A stretch of DNA of 64,000 nucleotides from Chloracidobacterium sp. (GCA_031402865.1 JANNST010000052.1:4089-68088); one strand, 5' to 3'. Positions 47,901 through 56,626 are shown, numbered from the stretch's first letter. Notes: generated by a model not told the origin, from the sequence alone. Made by a program: numbers and translations.

Positions 47901-48085
47901 CATTCAATACTGGTACCACCGGCGGAACCCTCGAAGAGGCGGTCAGCGAACTGGAAATGCAGATGATAAAAGGCTCTCTCGCCCGCCACAACTGGAACAT
48001 CTCGCGTGTCGCGAATGAGCTAGGTCTCACACGGCGCGGGCTTTACTTGAAGTTGTCGCGGTATAGAATTGAGAAAGCGGCTTAG
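44990..48085 (+). CDS. sigma-54-dependent transcriptional activator with a long N-terminal TPR/sensor region
   Basis: Start at MNSLSNR (GAGG 5 nt upstream). About 690 aa of TPR-like repeats, then the AAA+ module (GESGTGKE, GAFTGA, Walker B LFLDEIGD) and a C-terminal HTH (ISRVANELGLTRRGLYLKL). Confidence 0.88.
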   Translation: MNSLSNRSNSKSAKVRASAAGKDARLTPPRNIGNDKLSDIFLSVGRKLREGLSNEAEKILIKTIEGYSHSADNFANLKRLLSFTLETVGRYKESLEVVKPFEDEDVLKRLGQETQIRVTTQLAIAYNNLTDQPKAVTLLKETLKQAQENNLGHLSGIIDSALARVYRKLNEFPIARDYAEKSLTYFRETGNWLGMAEAYRELAISYHQEGGSEKALEYFDLGIQIIGERSAPFMLGKLYTDMSGAYVFLRRPQEGIACLEKSIAFFDRTEHVLNTVIAYNNLGLNLLLIGDWTKAEEMIKRALDLASKNNHAHVAGILDSLGELKILRGELDEAEELLEKAVSLAKERKNGWYTVQAMRNLARCRLAQGKHGRAAATARAAIELSREIDDKHYANMAGLVLAESYLHVGTIAECENYLKVIEETDATSDFFVLGSIQHIRGLAALKDSDKQLAVHHFNRSLTIFEAAEDLYHSALAHFLIGGNLDGSQSSRAIKHLTTAGEIFKKLSIPSYVAAVAEKIHELKDPKLAKRPAGENLRQNSVVSQLLMVRLAEATASRELLFRELVAVLQQESQAKKIIIAEPHENKKLRPFITHGYSPEESVELVAKFDAAQQKGDEKAFVKLKNLAVFPLRASSATPAFLLIQPQSGAVLNDDSSLQPLLRVVELGMDVVSLRARDKSTPIEQESSPYTSNSLMPGFIHSSPAMTSLVEEVYKIRSSDVTVLVTGESGTGKELVSRAIHAISNRKDKIFVPFNCTAVPKELAEGHLFGYRKGAFTGAVTDSPGMIRAADGGTLFLDEIGDLPIEVQPKILRFLQEGEVQPIGEKRPMKVDVRVIAATNMPLEDKVADGSFREDLYYRLNVIRLRVPPLRERRSEIPPIINYYINHYSSRFDKHDITFTPQTVDLLMVCDWEGNVRQLCNEVQRIIARAVDNEVVTPDHLSPELKRSAKPLTTFGENSNVTPIASYDSLFSFNTGTTGGTLEEAVSELEMQMIKGSLARHNWNISRVANELGLTRRGLYLKLSRYRIEKAA

Positions 48086-48387
48086 TTTGAAAAGTCCTCG
48101 TCGAATATGGTTTCGATGTCGCGGGCGGAGTGAAGAACCCGCATTATCTGAACTCCGTTGGGATCGGGATAGTAGAAAATACAATACTCATTCCTAGGAA
48201 ACATGCGGAGATTTTCTCGTACGTCGGAACGATTCCTTCCCGCCATTGGATTTTGGGCCAACATCCAGAACGCTTCCAGAAGGTCGAGCGAAAATCTGGT
48301 CGCGTTTTTCGTGTCATATTGGGCGAAGTAATTCCATATTGAGTCCAGATCCTCTTCGGCTAGAGGAGAGAGAATAAAAGTTGCCAT
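48082..48387 (-). CDS. parE: type II toxin ParE
   Basis: 101 aa. LSPLAEEDLDSIWNYF ... R....EYCIFY......VQIMRVLHSARD is a ParE/RelE-fold pattern. The stop overlaps the convergent activator gene by 4 nt. Confidence 0.8.
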   Translation of the reverse strand: MATFILSPLAEEDLDSIWNYFAQYDTKNATRFSLDLLEAFWMLAQNPMAGRNRSDVRENLRMFPRNEYCIFYYPDPNGVQIMRVLHSARDIETIFDEDFSN

Positions 48388-48390
48388 ACT

Positions 48391-48684
48391 TTATTCTGCC
48401 TTATGTATTGCCGCAAGCCGTTCATGTCCCTGACGAACTAGACTCTCTCCAAACTCTCGCATCTCCATCTCCGACCTTATTTCCCGAAATTGTCCGCTCT
48501 TAATTTGCTCCTCGGCTTTAATTATCTCCTTCCTAAGTTCTTCGAGCCGTATTTCTTTAATCCGATCTTGTTCTTCCAAAAGCCGAAGGGCCTCGCGGAC
48601 AACTTCGCTGGCTGAATTATAGAGTCCAGTCTTGACCTTATTGTTGACGAGGGATTTTAATTCGGGTGTTAGTGAGATATTCAT
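48391..48684 (-). CDS. parD: type II antitoxin ParD (CC2985-type)
   Basis: Start trimmed to MNISLTPELKSLV (GGAG 5 nt upstream). G.Y.SASEVVREALRLLEE is the ParD signature. Confidence 0.8.
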   Translation of the reverse strand: MNISLTPELKSLVNNKVKTGLYNSASEVVREALRLLEEQDRIKEIRLEELRKEIIKAEEQIKSGQFREIRSEMEMREFGESLVRQGHERLAAIHKAE

Positions 48685-48708
48685 AATAACTCCATTCCTC
48701 CACACCTT

Positions 48709-48737
48709 AGAATAAGTCGGATAACAGTCTTTGTCAA
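48709..48737 (-). promoter_or_regulatory. candidate sigma-70 promoter of parDE (TTGACA-17-TATTCT)
   Basis: Read on the minus strand: TTGACA (48732-48737), a 17-nt spacer, then TATTCT (48709-48714), about 25 nt upstream of the parD ATG. Confidence 0.45.
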
Positions 48738-48743
48738 TCTTTG

Positions 48744-49907
48744 CTATTGGCCGTTTTGTTTCTTTCCTGCCATTGCACGAATGTCTTCTACGATCTTTGG
48801 CAGTTTATCCAAGACAAAATAAACGTTATTTTCAGTATTGTAACGGCCGAGTGAGAATCTAATTGCTCCCATTGCTTGGTAATACGGGATGTTCATTGCC
48901 TGTAGAACCGGCGAGGCCGTGTGATCTTTAGAGTTACATGCCGAACCGGTCGAGACGTAAACCTTGAGGTCGTCCAGGCGGACGAGGATGTTTTCGCCGT
49001 TGGTGTTTTCGAAGGAAATGTTCGACGTGTTTGGGAGCCGCTTTTGGGGATCGGGCGTGCCGTTCAACCGAGAATTTGGAATTCTGTCCAATATTTCGCT
49101 TTCGAGTCGGTCGCGAAGTAATCTGACGCGGGCAGTCGCCGACAAATCTTTTACTAAATTTGCCGCCGCTCCGAGCCCGACGGTCTGATGGACTGCTTCG
49201 GTTCCCGGTCGCCTGCCGCCTTCCTGTCCGCCGCCGGTAAATAATGGCGGTAGAGTCACGCCTTCGCAAACATATAAGGCCCCGATACCTTTTGGTCCGT
49301 GAAATTTATGCCCGGAGATCGAATATAAATCTACGGCAGTGCTTTTTAGATCGACCGGCAGCTTGCCCGCAGCATTTACTCCATCGACGTGAAACACGGC
49401 ATTTGAGCGGCTTTTCACCACTTCGGCGATCTTTTCAATCGGAAAAACGACGCCCGTTTCGTTATTTGCATGCATGACGGAAACAACCGCCGTTTGGTCA
49501 CTCAAAGCGCCTTTTAATTGGTCGAGGTCGAGTTCGCCATTTTCATCGACATCAAGCCAAGTGACGCTGTATCCTATCGTCTCAAGCTTTTGGCACAGTT
49601 TGCGGACGGCTTCGTGCTCAACACGAGTGGTGATTATATGATTGCGTTCTGGATTTGCTTCGAGCGTGCCGAGAATCGCCCAGTTGTTGCCTTCCGTGCC
49701 GCCGGATGTGAATACGATCTCGCTCACATTACCAGCACCGATCAATTCTGCGACAGATTCGCGGGCATTGGCGATTGCTGTCGAATTTTGTCTTCCCAGC
49801 GAATAGGCTGACGACGGATTGCCGTACGAGGCTCCGAGAAACGGCAGCATCGCGTCTAATACTTCCGGTGCGACCTCGGTCGTAGCATTGTTATCGAAGT
49901 AAATCAT
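48744..49907 (-). CDS. cysteine desulfurase (NifS/IscS family)
   Basis: PLP-lysine context SISGHKFHGPKG and active-site loop GSACNS. Confidence 0.9.
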   Translation of the reverse strand: MIYFDNNATTEVAPEVLDAMLPFLGASYGNPSSAYSLGRQNSTAIANARESVAELIGAGNVSEIVFTSGGTEGNNWAILGTLEANPERNHIITTRVEHEAVRKLCQKLETIGYSVTWLDVDENGELDLDQLKGALSDQTAVVSVMHANNETGVVFPIEKIAEVVKSRSNAVFHVDGVNAAGKLPVDLKSTAVDLYSISGHKFHGPKGIGALYVCEGVTLPPLFTGGGQEGGRRPGTEAVHQTVGLGAAANLVKDLSATARVRLLRDRLESEILDRIPNSRLNGTPDPQKRLPNTSNISFENTNGENILVRLDDLKVYVSTGSACNSKDHTASPVLQAMNIPYYQAMGAIRFSLGRYNTENNVYFVLDKLPKIVEDIRAMAGKKQNGQ

Positions 49908-49936
49908 AGGATGTTACGAAATGACGGTGTCCTCAA

Positions 49937-49962
49937 TTTACCATTTACCGTTTACCCATTAC
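49937..49962. repeat. TTTACC(A/G/C)-type tandem units
   Basis: tttaccatttaccgtttacccattac lies in the divergent intergenic region. Confidence 0.6.
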
Positions 49963-49975
49963 AATTAGCCTAACT

Positions 49976-51706
49976 GTGAGTGCATTGTTACAAATAACCG
50001 AACCGAACGGTCGGATCTGGGAGACCGATCTTGTTCCCGGCGCCGCCTATTCCATTGGCCGCGCAAAGGAAAACGATATCGTTCTGAACGACCGCCGCGT
50101 TTCGCGCAAGCACGCTCGGGTTACGAGCGACGGCGACAGATTCATGATCGTGGACGGTTATTTAGAGAACGGCAACCTCGTCCGCAGCGTCAATCATGTA
50201 TTCGTAAACGGCGCGCCGATGCTTGAAAAGCACTTGGAGGCGGGTGATGCGATCATCATCGGTGAAAGCAAACTCGAATACAAGGTCACGCAACCCGTAG
50301 AGCTGACGCCGGACACGCTGCCGCCCGATGTTTTAAGCCGTCCGATTTCGGGCGGCACCTATGATACCAAGACGTCTGACGTCATCACCGAAGGCGTAAA
50401 TTATGACGACAAACCGCTTGGCCACACGCAGGTGCAGCTTTCGGCGAACGAAATAATCGGGCGGCAAACGCATCTTTCGATTGAATCTTCTATCGCGACG
50501 CCCGAAGAGGTGAAGGATCTGAGGCGTAAGGCGAAGATGCTCGAACTGCTTTACGAAATGAGCAAATCGATTGGCACGGTGTTTGACTTAAAAGAAATCT
50601 TTGAAAAAGCGACCGGACTGATCTTTCGCGGCACTCCGGCCGATCGGGTTGTTGCTTTGATCGCCGACGAAACGATCGACGGCAAGATACTTGATTACAG
50701 CCTGATTCCAATCGCGGTAAAAACACGCGACGAAACGACTGACATGCTGACGGACAAGTTGACGATCAGTCGCACGATCACGCAAAAGGTAATGCGCGAG
50801 AAAGTCGCTTTGTTGTCGCAAGACGCCAAGACCGATGCTCAGTTTTCGGGTGCGGACTCGATAGTTTCGCAGGGCGTAAGGTCAACGATATGCGCGCCGC
50901 TGATAACCGAATCGAATGTCCATGGTGTGCTGTATGCCGACAGGCTCGATCCGTTCGCTTCGTTTACGCCGGACCACCTTGAGATGATCAGCGCGGTTGC
51001 GGCGCAGACGGCGGTCACGGTGGAAACGGTGAAAGCCCATAAACGACTCGCCCGCGAAGAGGTTGCAAGAGCAAATTACAGTCGTTTCATGCCGGAATAC
51101 GTGGTGAAGCAGCTGCTTGAGAATCCCGATTCATTCCGTCTCGGCGGCGTAAACCAGGTTATCACCGTGCTGTTTGCTGATATTCGCGGATTCACCGCTT
51201 TTTCCGAAAAAGAGAAGCCGGAGAAAGTGGTTGGCCTGCTGAACCGCTATTTTTCGGTGATGACCGACATCATTTTTGAGCATGGCGGAACGCTGGACAA
51301 ATATATTGGAGACGGGCTGATGGCAATTTTCGGTGCCCCGACAGCGACCGAAGAAGATGCTCTGAATGCCGTAAAGGCGGCGGTGACAATGCAAAAGCGG
51401 CTGGCGCAGTTGAATACAGAGCTGACTTCGGAAGGCTACGGACAGATCTCGGTTGGCATTGGCCTGCATACGGGCGAGGCGACGATCGGATACATCGGGT
51501 CGAACAAGCGGTCGGAGTACACGGCCATCGGCGACACCGTTAATCTGGCTTCGAGGCTCGAATCGAACGCGGTCGGCGGTCAGATTCTGATGAGCGAGGC
51601 GACAGCGGCGGCCAGTGGCAACCTCGTACCGGTAAATACGCTTGAGCCGTTGACCGTAAAAAACCGCGTGCAGCCGGTAAATGTGCTCGAAGTAAGGTGG
51701 GGTTAG
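49976..51706 (+). CDS. FHA domain - GAF domain - class III adenylate/guanylate cyclase
   Basis: GTG start. FHA: YSIGRAKENDIVLNDRRVSRKHARV. A central GAF-like region follows. Cyclase: VLFADIRGFT, GDGLMAIFGAP, GLHTGEATIGYIGS, YTAIGDTVNLASRLE. Confidence 0.87.
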   Translation: MSALLQITEPNGRIWETDLVPGAAYSIGRAKENDIVLNDRRVSRKHARVTSDGDRFMIVDGYLENGNLVRSVNHVFVNGAPMLEKHLEAGDAIIIGESKLEYKVTQPVELTPDTLPPDVLSRPISGGTYDTKTSDVITEGVNYDDKPLGHTQVQLSANEIIGRQTHLSIESSIATPEEVKDLRRKAKMLELLYEMSKSIGTVFDLKEIFEKATGLIFRGTPADRVVALIADETIDGKILDYSLIPIAVKTRDETTDMLTDKLTISRTITQKVMREKVALLSQDAKTDAQFSGADSIVSQGVRSTICAPLITESNVHGVLYADRLDPFASFTPDHLEMISAVAAQTAVTVETVKAHKRLAREEVARANYSRFMPEYVVKQLLENPDSFRLGGVNQVITVLFADIRGFTAFSEKEKPEKVVGLLNRYFSVMTDIIFEHGGTLDKYIGDGLMAIFGAPTATEEDALNAVKAAVTMQKRLAQLNTELTSEGYGQISVGIGLHTGEATIGYIGSNKRSEYTAIGDTVNLASRLESNAVGGQILMSEATAAASGNLVPVNTLEPLTVKNRVQPVNVLEVRWG

Positions 51707-51733
51707 CGGCCCAAAACACGGCGAGAATATTTG

Positions 51734-51763
51734 TTGTCAGACGTTGTTCAAAAGGAATATAAT
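51734..51763 (+). promoter_or_regulatory. candidate sigma-70 promoter (TTGTCA-18-TATAAT)
   Basis: The -10 ends 15 nt before the ATG at 51779 and no SD is visible. Confidence 0.35.
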
Positions 51764-51778
51764 TGAACTGCCACCAAT

Positions 51779-52852
51779 ATGCTTAGGATCTCTTCTCTCA
51801 AAAAACTGGTTACCGATTCGATGGCTATCGATCTGGGAACGGCCAGTACGATCATCGCGGTCAAAGGCCGCGGCGTCGTATTGGACGAGCCCTCGCTGGT
51901 TGCGATCAACGAGATGACGGAAGAGATCGTCGCGTTCGGCCAGGAAGCGGGGGACATGACGGGCCGCGAAGGCCGGGATATCGTTGTCCGCGCACCGCTG
52001 ATCGGCGGCGTCGTAGGCGATTTTGAGCGGACCAAAAAGATGCTTGCGCACTTCGTTAAGAAGGCCAAGACGGGCGGTTCGCAGGTTTCGCTTCAGGCCG
52101 TAATGAGCATGGTCTCGGACGTAACCCACGTCGAGCAGCGCGCCCTTTTGAATGCCGCCGAAGAGTCGCATATCGGCAAGGTTTTCATGATGGAAGAAGG
52201 CCTTGCAGCGGCTTTTGGAGCTGGAGTACTACCCACTGACAAACGTGCTTCGGCAATAATCGATATCGGCGCCGCGACGACAAATATTGCCATTGTCGCG
52301 AAAGGCACGATCGTCCATTCGATGTCGGAACGCTACGGCAGCAGCTCGATAAACGAAGTGCTTGCGACACATCTGCGGCGGCACCGCGGCTTGCAGGTCG
52401 GTGAAGAAACGACCGAATTTCTCAAGACTACATTTGCGTCCGCGTATTTACCCGAAGACATTTCAAAATCGATAGTCGTTCGCGGCCGCGATGTCCAGAC
52501 CGGCAGCCCGGCGGCGGTCGATATTACGACCGGCGAACTCTACCCGATCGTCGAAGCAATCGTCCGCAAGATCGCGGAAACCGTCCGCGACACGCTGACC
52601 GAGCTTCGCCCCGAAGTCGCCGCCGATATCTACGACCGCGGCGTGATCCTGACCGGCGGCGGAGCGCTGCTCGATGGAATCGATAAGTACCTCAGAAATT
52701 TCATTAATCTGCCTGTAGTCGTCTCCGAAGAACCCCGCTACGCGACCGTCAACGGCCTCGTAAAAATGTTCGACGACCCAAAACTCCTGGAACGCGTCTC
52801 CCGCAACGAACTAAGCGTCCTCCAAAACGCCGAGATACCATTCGAGGCCTAA
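51779..52852 (+). CDS. divergent MreB-like actin-family ATPase
   Basis: Collinear by eye with MreB (AIDLGTASTII..KG.GVVLDEPSLVAI, EEGLAAAFGAG, LTGGGALL), but with altered phosphate-2 motif DIGAATTN. No mreC/mreD/rodA neighbours. Confidence 0.75.
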   Translation: MLRISSLKKLVTDSMAIDLGTASTIIAVKGRGVVLDEPSLVAINEMTEEIVAFGQEAGDMTGREGRDIVVRAPLIGGVVGDFERTKKMLAHFVKKAKTGGSQVSLQAVMSMVSDVTHVEQRALLNAAEESHIGKVFMMEEGLAAAFGAGVLPTDKRASAIIDIGAATTNIAIVAKGTIVHSMSERYGSSSINEVLATHLRRHRGLQVGEETTEFLKTTFASAYLPEDISKSIVVRGRDVQTGSPAAVDITTGELYPIVEAIVRKIAETVRDTLTELRPEVAADIYDRGVILTGGGALLDGIDKYLRNFINLPVVVSEEPRYATVNGLVKMFDDPKLLERVSRNELSVLQNAEIPFEA

Positions 52853-52967
52853 CAAAATTCCTTCGAGATCTGCAATATTATAGTCGAGATCAGTCCGCTG
52901 TCGTAAGGGTTAGAACAGGCTTTAACGGGAAGACCTTTTATTTTGTTATCTTGACTCGTTTTTCAAC

Positions 52968-53033
52968 GTGTTCCGTTCCCCGACGCATAGAACAACTGGA
53001 ACGGCTGGAACAGACTGGAACAAGCCGGAACGC
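52968..53033. repeat. CTGGAAC-type units with an inverted partner
   Basis: gtgttccgttcc is followed by ctggaacggctggaacagactggaacaagccggaacgc. Confidence 0.65.
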
Positions 53034-53083
53034 AGGCCAGCACGATATGATCGTTCTGCAAGTAATAGTCCAACTAGAATCCT

Positions 53084-53695
53084 ATGAGCATATTTTCAAA
53101 ACTATTCGGTAAAGAATCGCCAAAGCGGCCGTTTGAGATGGAGCCAACAGCGGTGATGATGGACGAGGACACGTATTGGGAGTTGATCGATGCCTCGCTC
53201 GCCGCGACCAACGGTGAACAGGAAACTCAGGAAGACTACTTAATAACCGCGCTCGAAAAGCTGCCGCCGCCGGAGATCGTTGGATTTCGGCTTCGGACGG
53301 ACAAGCTGCTTTACGACACCTATAACTCCGAAATGTGGTGTGCGGGTTATATCATGAACGGCGGCTGCTCCGACGACGCCTTCGAATACTTCCGCCTCTG
53401 GGTCATCGCTCAAGGCCGCGAAGTCTACGAAAACGCCAAAGCGAACCCCGATTCTCTCGTGACCGGAATCGACGACACCGCCGAATTCTACGACTTCGAA
53501 AGCCTCTGGTACGTCGCCCTCAAAGCCTTCGAAAACAAAACCGGCAAACAGCTTTACGATTACATCGATTACGACAACTTTAAGACCAGTGAAGGAAAAT
53601 ACCCGCAGTTCGATTTCAATTGGCAAGAAGACGATCCCGATTCAATGAAGAAAATATGCCCGAATCTTTTCGAGCGGTTCGAAGATGTGAGATGA
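53084..53695 (+). CDS. DUF4240 domain protein
   Basis: MDEDTYWELIDASL ... FRLWVIAQGREVYE resembles DUF4240 as I remember it. Confidence 0.6.
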   Translation: MSIFSKLFGKESPKRPFEMEPTAVMMDEDTYWELIDASLAATNGEQETQEDYLITALEKLPPPEIVGFRLRTDKLLYDTYNSEMWCAGYIMNGGCSDDAFEYFRLWVIAQGREVYENAKANPDSLVTGIDDTAEFYDFESLWYVALKAFENKTGKQLYDYIDYDNFKTSEGKYPQFDFNWQEDDPDSMKKICPNLFERFEDVR

Positions 53696-53750
53696 TTTGA
53701 CAAATTAGGCCGTCAGTTCGTTACTGAAGGTTTTTTGGAATCGCGAATCC

Positions 53751-54905
53751 TTGAAAATGGAAAAACTTGAGTCCATCAATATTGATCGAATCCTTTGGTG
53801 CTGTGAGGACCGCGGAATCACTGTGCCAGAACTTGCGGTCGCTATCAAGATTGAGCCGGAGAAATTAAGCTCGATCTTAGATCTACAGGATGAACTTTCC
53901 ATCGGGCAACTAAAGAAAATTGCTAAATTCTTCAATAGGGGTCTGCTTTTTTTTCTAGAACGTGAGCCGGTTGACGAGAATCGTTTACGGACGACAGGAT
54001 TCCGTACCCTTGCGAACGAGTATCCCGATTTGAGTCCTAAGCTGAAGACTCTAATCGAAAGAGTGGAACGACAACGACAGGTTTTTCTTAGTTTGAGGGA
54101 AGACGTTGACGAAGACGCCATTCAGAAATTTGACCCGCCAACTGTTCGAGGGTTAGATGTCCGCGACGCAGCACGTACAGTTCGTGATTGGCTTGGGATG
54201 AATGGCAACCTTAGTTTCAATGGATACCGCGATGCAATCGAGAAGTGCGGGGTTCTGGTCTTTCGAAGTAATGGCTACGCGGGTGCTTGGCAGATTCCGT
54301 CCGATAGTCCTGTGTGCGGTTTCTCTATCATCCACCGGGAATTCCCGATAATCTTTGTTCGAAAGCAAGACTCTGAGAACCGGCAACTATTCACATTGAT
54401 TCACGAGTTGGGACATTTGATAGTTCACGTGAGTGGTTTTGTGGATAACCTGGATGACCTGTTCTCGTATTCGGGCAAAGAGCGGGAGGCCAATGCATTC
54501 GCGGGCAATCTCCTCGTTCCCGACAGTTTCCTTAACGAGATCAACGACGATAATAATCCGCACAAACCCAATGAATTTGACGCTTGGCTCAAACCTTACA
54601 GTTTTCGATGGGGAGTCAGTCCGGAAGTCATCCTTCGTCGATTGCTTGATTCGCAACGATTATCGAAAATCGATTATAAAGCCTATCGCGAATGGAAGAG
54701 TACGGAAGTGTTTGCAAATACGTCTAGCGGCTCGCGTGCTTATCGTTTTCGTGAACCCAAGCATCTTTTCGGCGATAGGTTTGTCAAAACGGTATTAGAC
54801 GCACTGCACTCGAAGCAGATTAATATTACTCGAGCTAGTACCTATCTCGACAATCTAAAAATAGCTGACATTCACAAGCTGGAGCGTGTTTATAATGCAT
54901 TTTGA
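53751..54905 (+). CDS. Xre-type HTH fused to an ImmA/IrrE (COG2856) zinc metallopeptidase domain
   Basis: N-terminal HTH-like region (ITVPELAVAIKIEPEKLSSIL). HEXXH motif in FTLIHELGHLIVH with a downstream E (EREANAFAGNLLVP). Confidence 0.85.
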   Translation: MKMEKLESINIDRILWCCEDRGITVPELAVAIKIEPEKLSSILDLQDELSIGQLKKIAKFFNRGLLFFLEREPVDENRLRTTGFRTLANEYPDLSPKLKTLIERVERQRQVFLSLREDVDEDAIQKFDPPTVRGLDVRDAARTVRDWLGMNGNLSFNGYRDAIEKCGVLVFRSNGYAGAWQIPSDSPVCGFSIIHREFPIIFVRKQDSENRQLFTLIHELGHLIVHVSGFVDNLDDLFSYSGKEREANAFAGNLLVPDSFLNEINDDNNPHKPNEFDAWLKPYSFRWGVSPEVILRRLLDSQRLSKIDYKAYREWKSTEVFANTSSGSRAYRFREPKHLFGDRFVKTVLDALHSKQINITRASTYLDNLKIADIHKLERVYNAF

Positions 54906-55374
54906 CGCTTCAGGAATTATTCACGCCTGGGATAACTATCCTATCGGGAACTTCCCGGCTTTTTGGGACTGGATCGATGCGGAGATTCGGAAGGAGAATT
55001 TCGCCATTAGCGAAGTTGCCTTTGACGAAGTGAAGAATAAGTCCCCCGAGTGTTCCGAATGGCTAAAGAATAAGGGTATTAGGAAAATAAATCTTTCGGA
55101 AAAGGTTCTGCTTCGAGCGAATGAGATAAAGGATCTTTTGGGCATAGTCGCCGAAGCCTATAACCCAAAAGGCGTTGGAGAAAATGACCTATTAATAATT
55201 GCAACAGCGCAAATCGAGATTGCGATACTGATAACTGAAGAAAGTCGCCAACCCTCGCTCCCGCAACAAAGAAGTAGATTCAAGATACCTGCGGTGTGTG
55301 AACTGGCCGCGATTGGAGTGACTTGCAAAAACATACGCGAGCTGATTGGAACATCGGGAGTTGTATTTAAGTGA
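54895..55374 (+). CDS. DUF4411 (PIN-like) protein, putative nuclease partner of ImmA/IrrE
   Basis: HFDASGIIHAWDNYPIGNFPAFWDWI matches the DUF4411 N-terminal signature as I remember it. The ATG overlaps the upstream gene by 11 nt. Confidence 0.68.
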   Translation: MHFDASGIIHAWDNYPIGNFPAFWDWIDAEIRKENFAISEVAFDEVKNKSPECSEWLKNKGIRKINLSEKVLLRANEIKDLLGIVAEAYNPKGVGENDLLIIATAQIEIAILITEESRQPSLPQQRSRFKIPAVCELAAIGVTCKNIRELIGTSGVVFK

Positions 55375-55495
55375 ATTCCGGCATATAGCGGATGCACGAG
55401 CAGATATAAGAGATTAAGGTTAGCCAAAATGTTTTGAGTCGTCTGAGATTATTCGAAGCCAACCAATGACGCGGTGGCCGTGGATGATAGGGCCG

Positions 55496-56425
55496 CTAAA
55501 GTTGAGAAGATATTAGGTCATCGGCTGCGGCCTTTTTCTTTTCTCCTATGCGTTCGTAGGCACGGGCACGCCAGAAATATGTATCGGCATCTTTTGGATC
55601 GAGCTTGATCGCACGGGTGAGGTCTCGGATCGCCCGTTTGTCGTTTCCCATCTTGTAGTAGGTGTTCCCCCGGTTGTAGTAAATAATAGAGTCGGACGGA
55701 CCTAGCCTGATAGATCTTGTATAGTCGGCGACCGCCTTTTCGAATTCGCCAAGGCTGTCGAATGAGTTTCCGCGATTGCAGTAGGCGTCCGCATCGCCAG
55801 GCGTTAGCCTGATCGCGTTTGTGTAATCGCTGATCGCGGCGGCGTAATTGCCGTTGTTGTCCTGAATAAGCGCTCGGTTGAAATAAGAATCGGCATCATT
55901 CGGATCAAGCTCAAGGGCTTTTGAATAGTCGGCAACGGCAAGTGCGGTCGAGCCCATTTCGCCGTAATTATGAGCTCGGTCGTAGTAGATGGCAGCGTCC
56001 GACGGGGCAAGTTCTATCGCTGCATTAAAATCTTCGACCGCGCCGCTCCGGTCGCCGAGTTCGATGCGGCTATCAGTACGGTTATGGAAGTATTGGGCGT
56101 TTGCCGGTTCCAGCTCTATCGCCCGGGTAAAGTCTTCGACAGCAAGCTTGTATTCCTTTAGCTCGGCGTATTCCAACCCGCGGTTGGCGAAGATAGCCGC
56201 GTTCTGAGGGTCGAGATCGATGTACCGCGTGTACTCGCGCACGGCCTCTTGATGCCGGCCGCTTTCTCCGTATGCGTACGCAAGACGAAATATGGAGTCG
56301 GTGTCGTCCGCATCTTTGTAGGCGGAGATCTGGCAGGCATAATCGCTGTCCTCACAATCTTGTCCGAATGCGCTCGGTATAGATATCAGACAAAACAATA
56401 TAGCGAGATATTTCATTTGAAACAT
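55496..56425 (-). CDS. secreted tetratricopeptide-repeat protein
   Basis: Signal-like N-terminus (KYLAILFCLISIPSAFG), then about 7 consecutive 34-aa TPR units (A..Y.NRG..Y...G....A..D...AI.L.P). Confidence 0.8.
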   Translation of the reverse strand: MFQMKYLAILFCLISIPSAFGQDCEDSDYACQISAYKDADDTDSIFRLAYAYGESGRHQEAVREYTRYIDLDPQNAAIFANRGLEYAELKEYKLAVEDFTRAIELEPANAQYFHNRTDSRIELGDRSGAVEDFNAAIELAPSDAAIYYDRAHNYGEMGSTALAVADYSKALELDPNDADSYFNRALIQDNNGNYAAAISDYTNAIRLTPGDADAYCNRGNSFDSLGEFEKAVADYTRSIRLGPSDSIIYYNRGNTYYKMGNDKRAIRDLTRAIKLDPKDADTYFWRARAYERIGEKKKAAADDLISSQL

Positions 56426-56591
56426 TCTAACAGACTATGCAAGAGCGGCGGCGGAGCCGCGAGAATCACTAGGCCGCTGAACGGAAAAGCATAGCCCTTC
56501 CGCAGATAGACGGGCGTAACCCGAAGAACAGTCGCCTCCCACCACACGTACGCGAAGCGTTACTACCCATCCTCAGGCAGGAGGGTGTTTT

Positions 56592-56626
56592 AGGAGGCCG
56601 GTCGCTACTGCTCCCGGTTCTGACTG
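56592..56626. repeat. CCGGTCGCTACTGCTCCCGGTTCTGACTG element at the 3' end of the DUF3010-like gene
   Basis: Matches 18555-18590. It provides the last codons LLSQNREQ and the stop of the 56605-57033 ORF. Confidence 0.8.
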
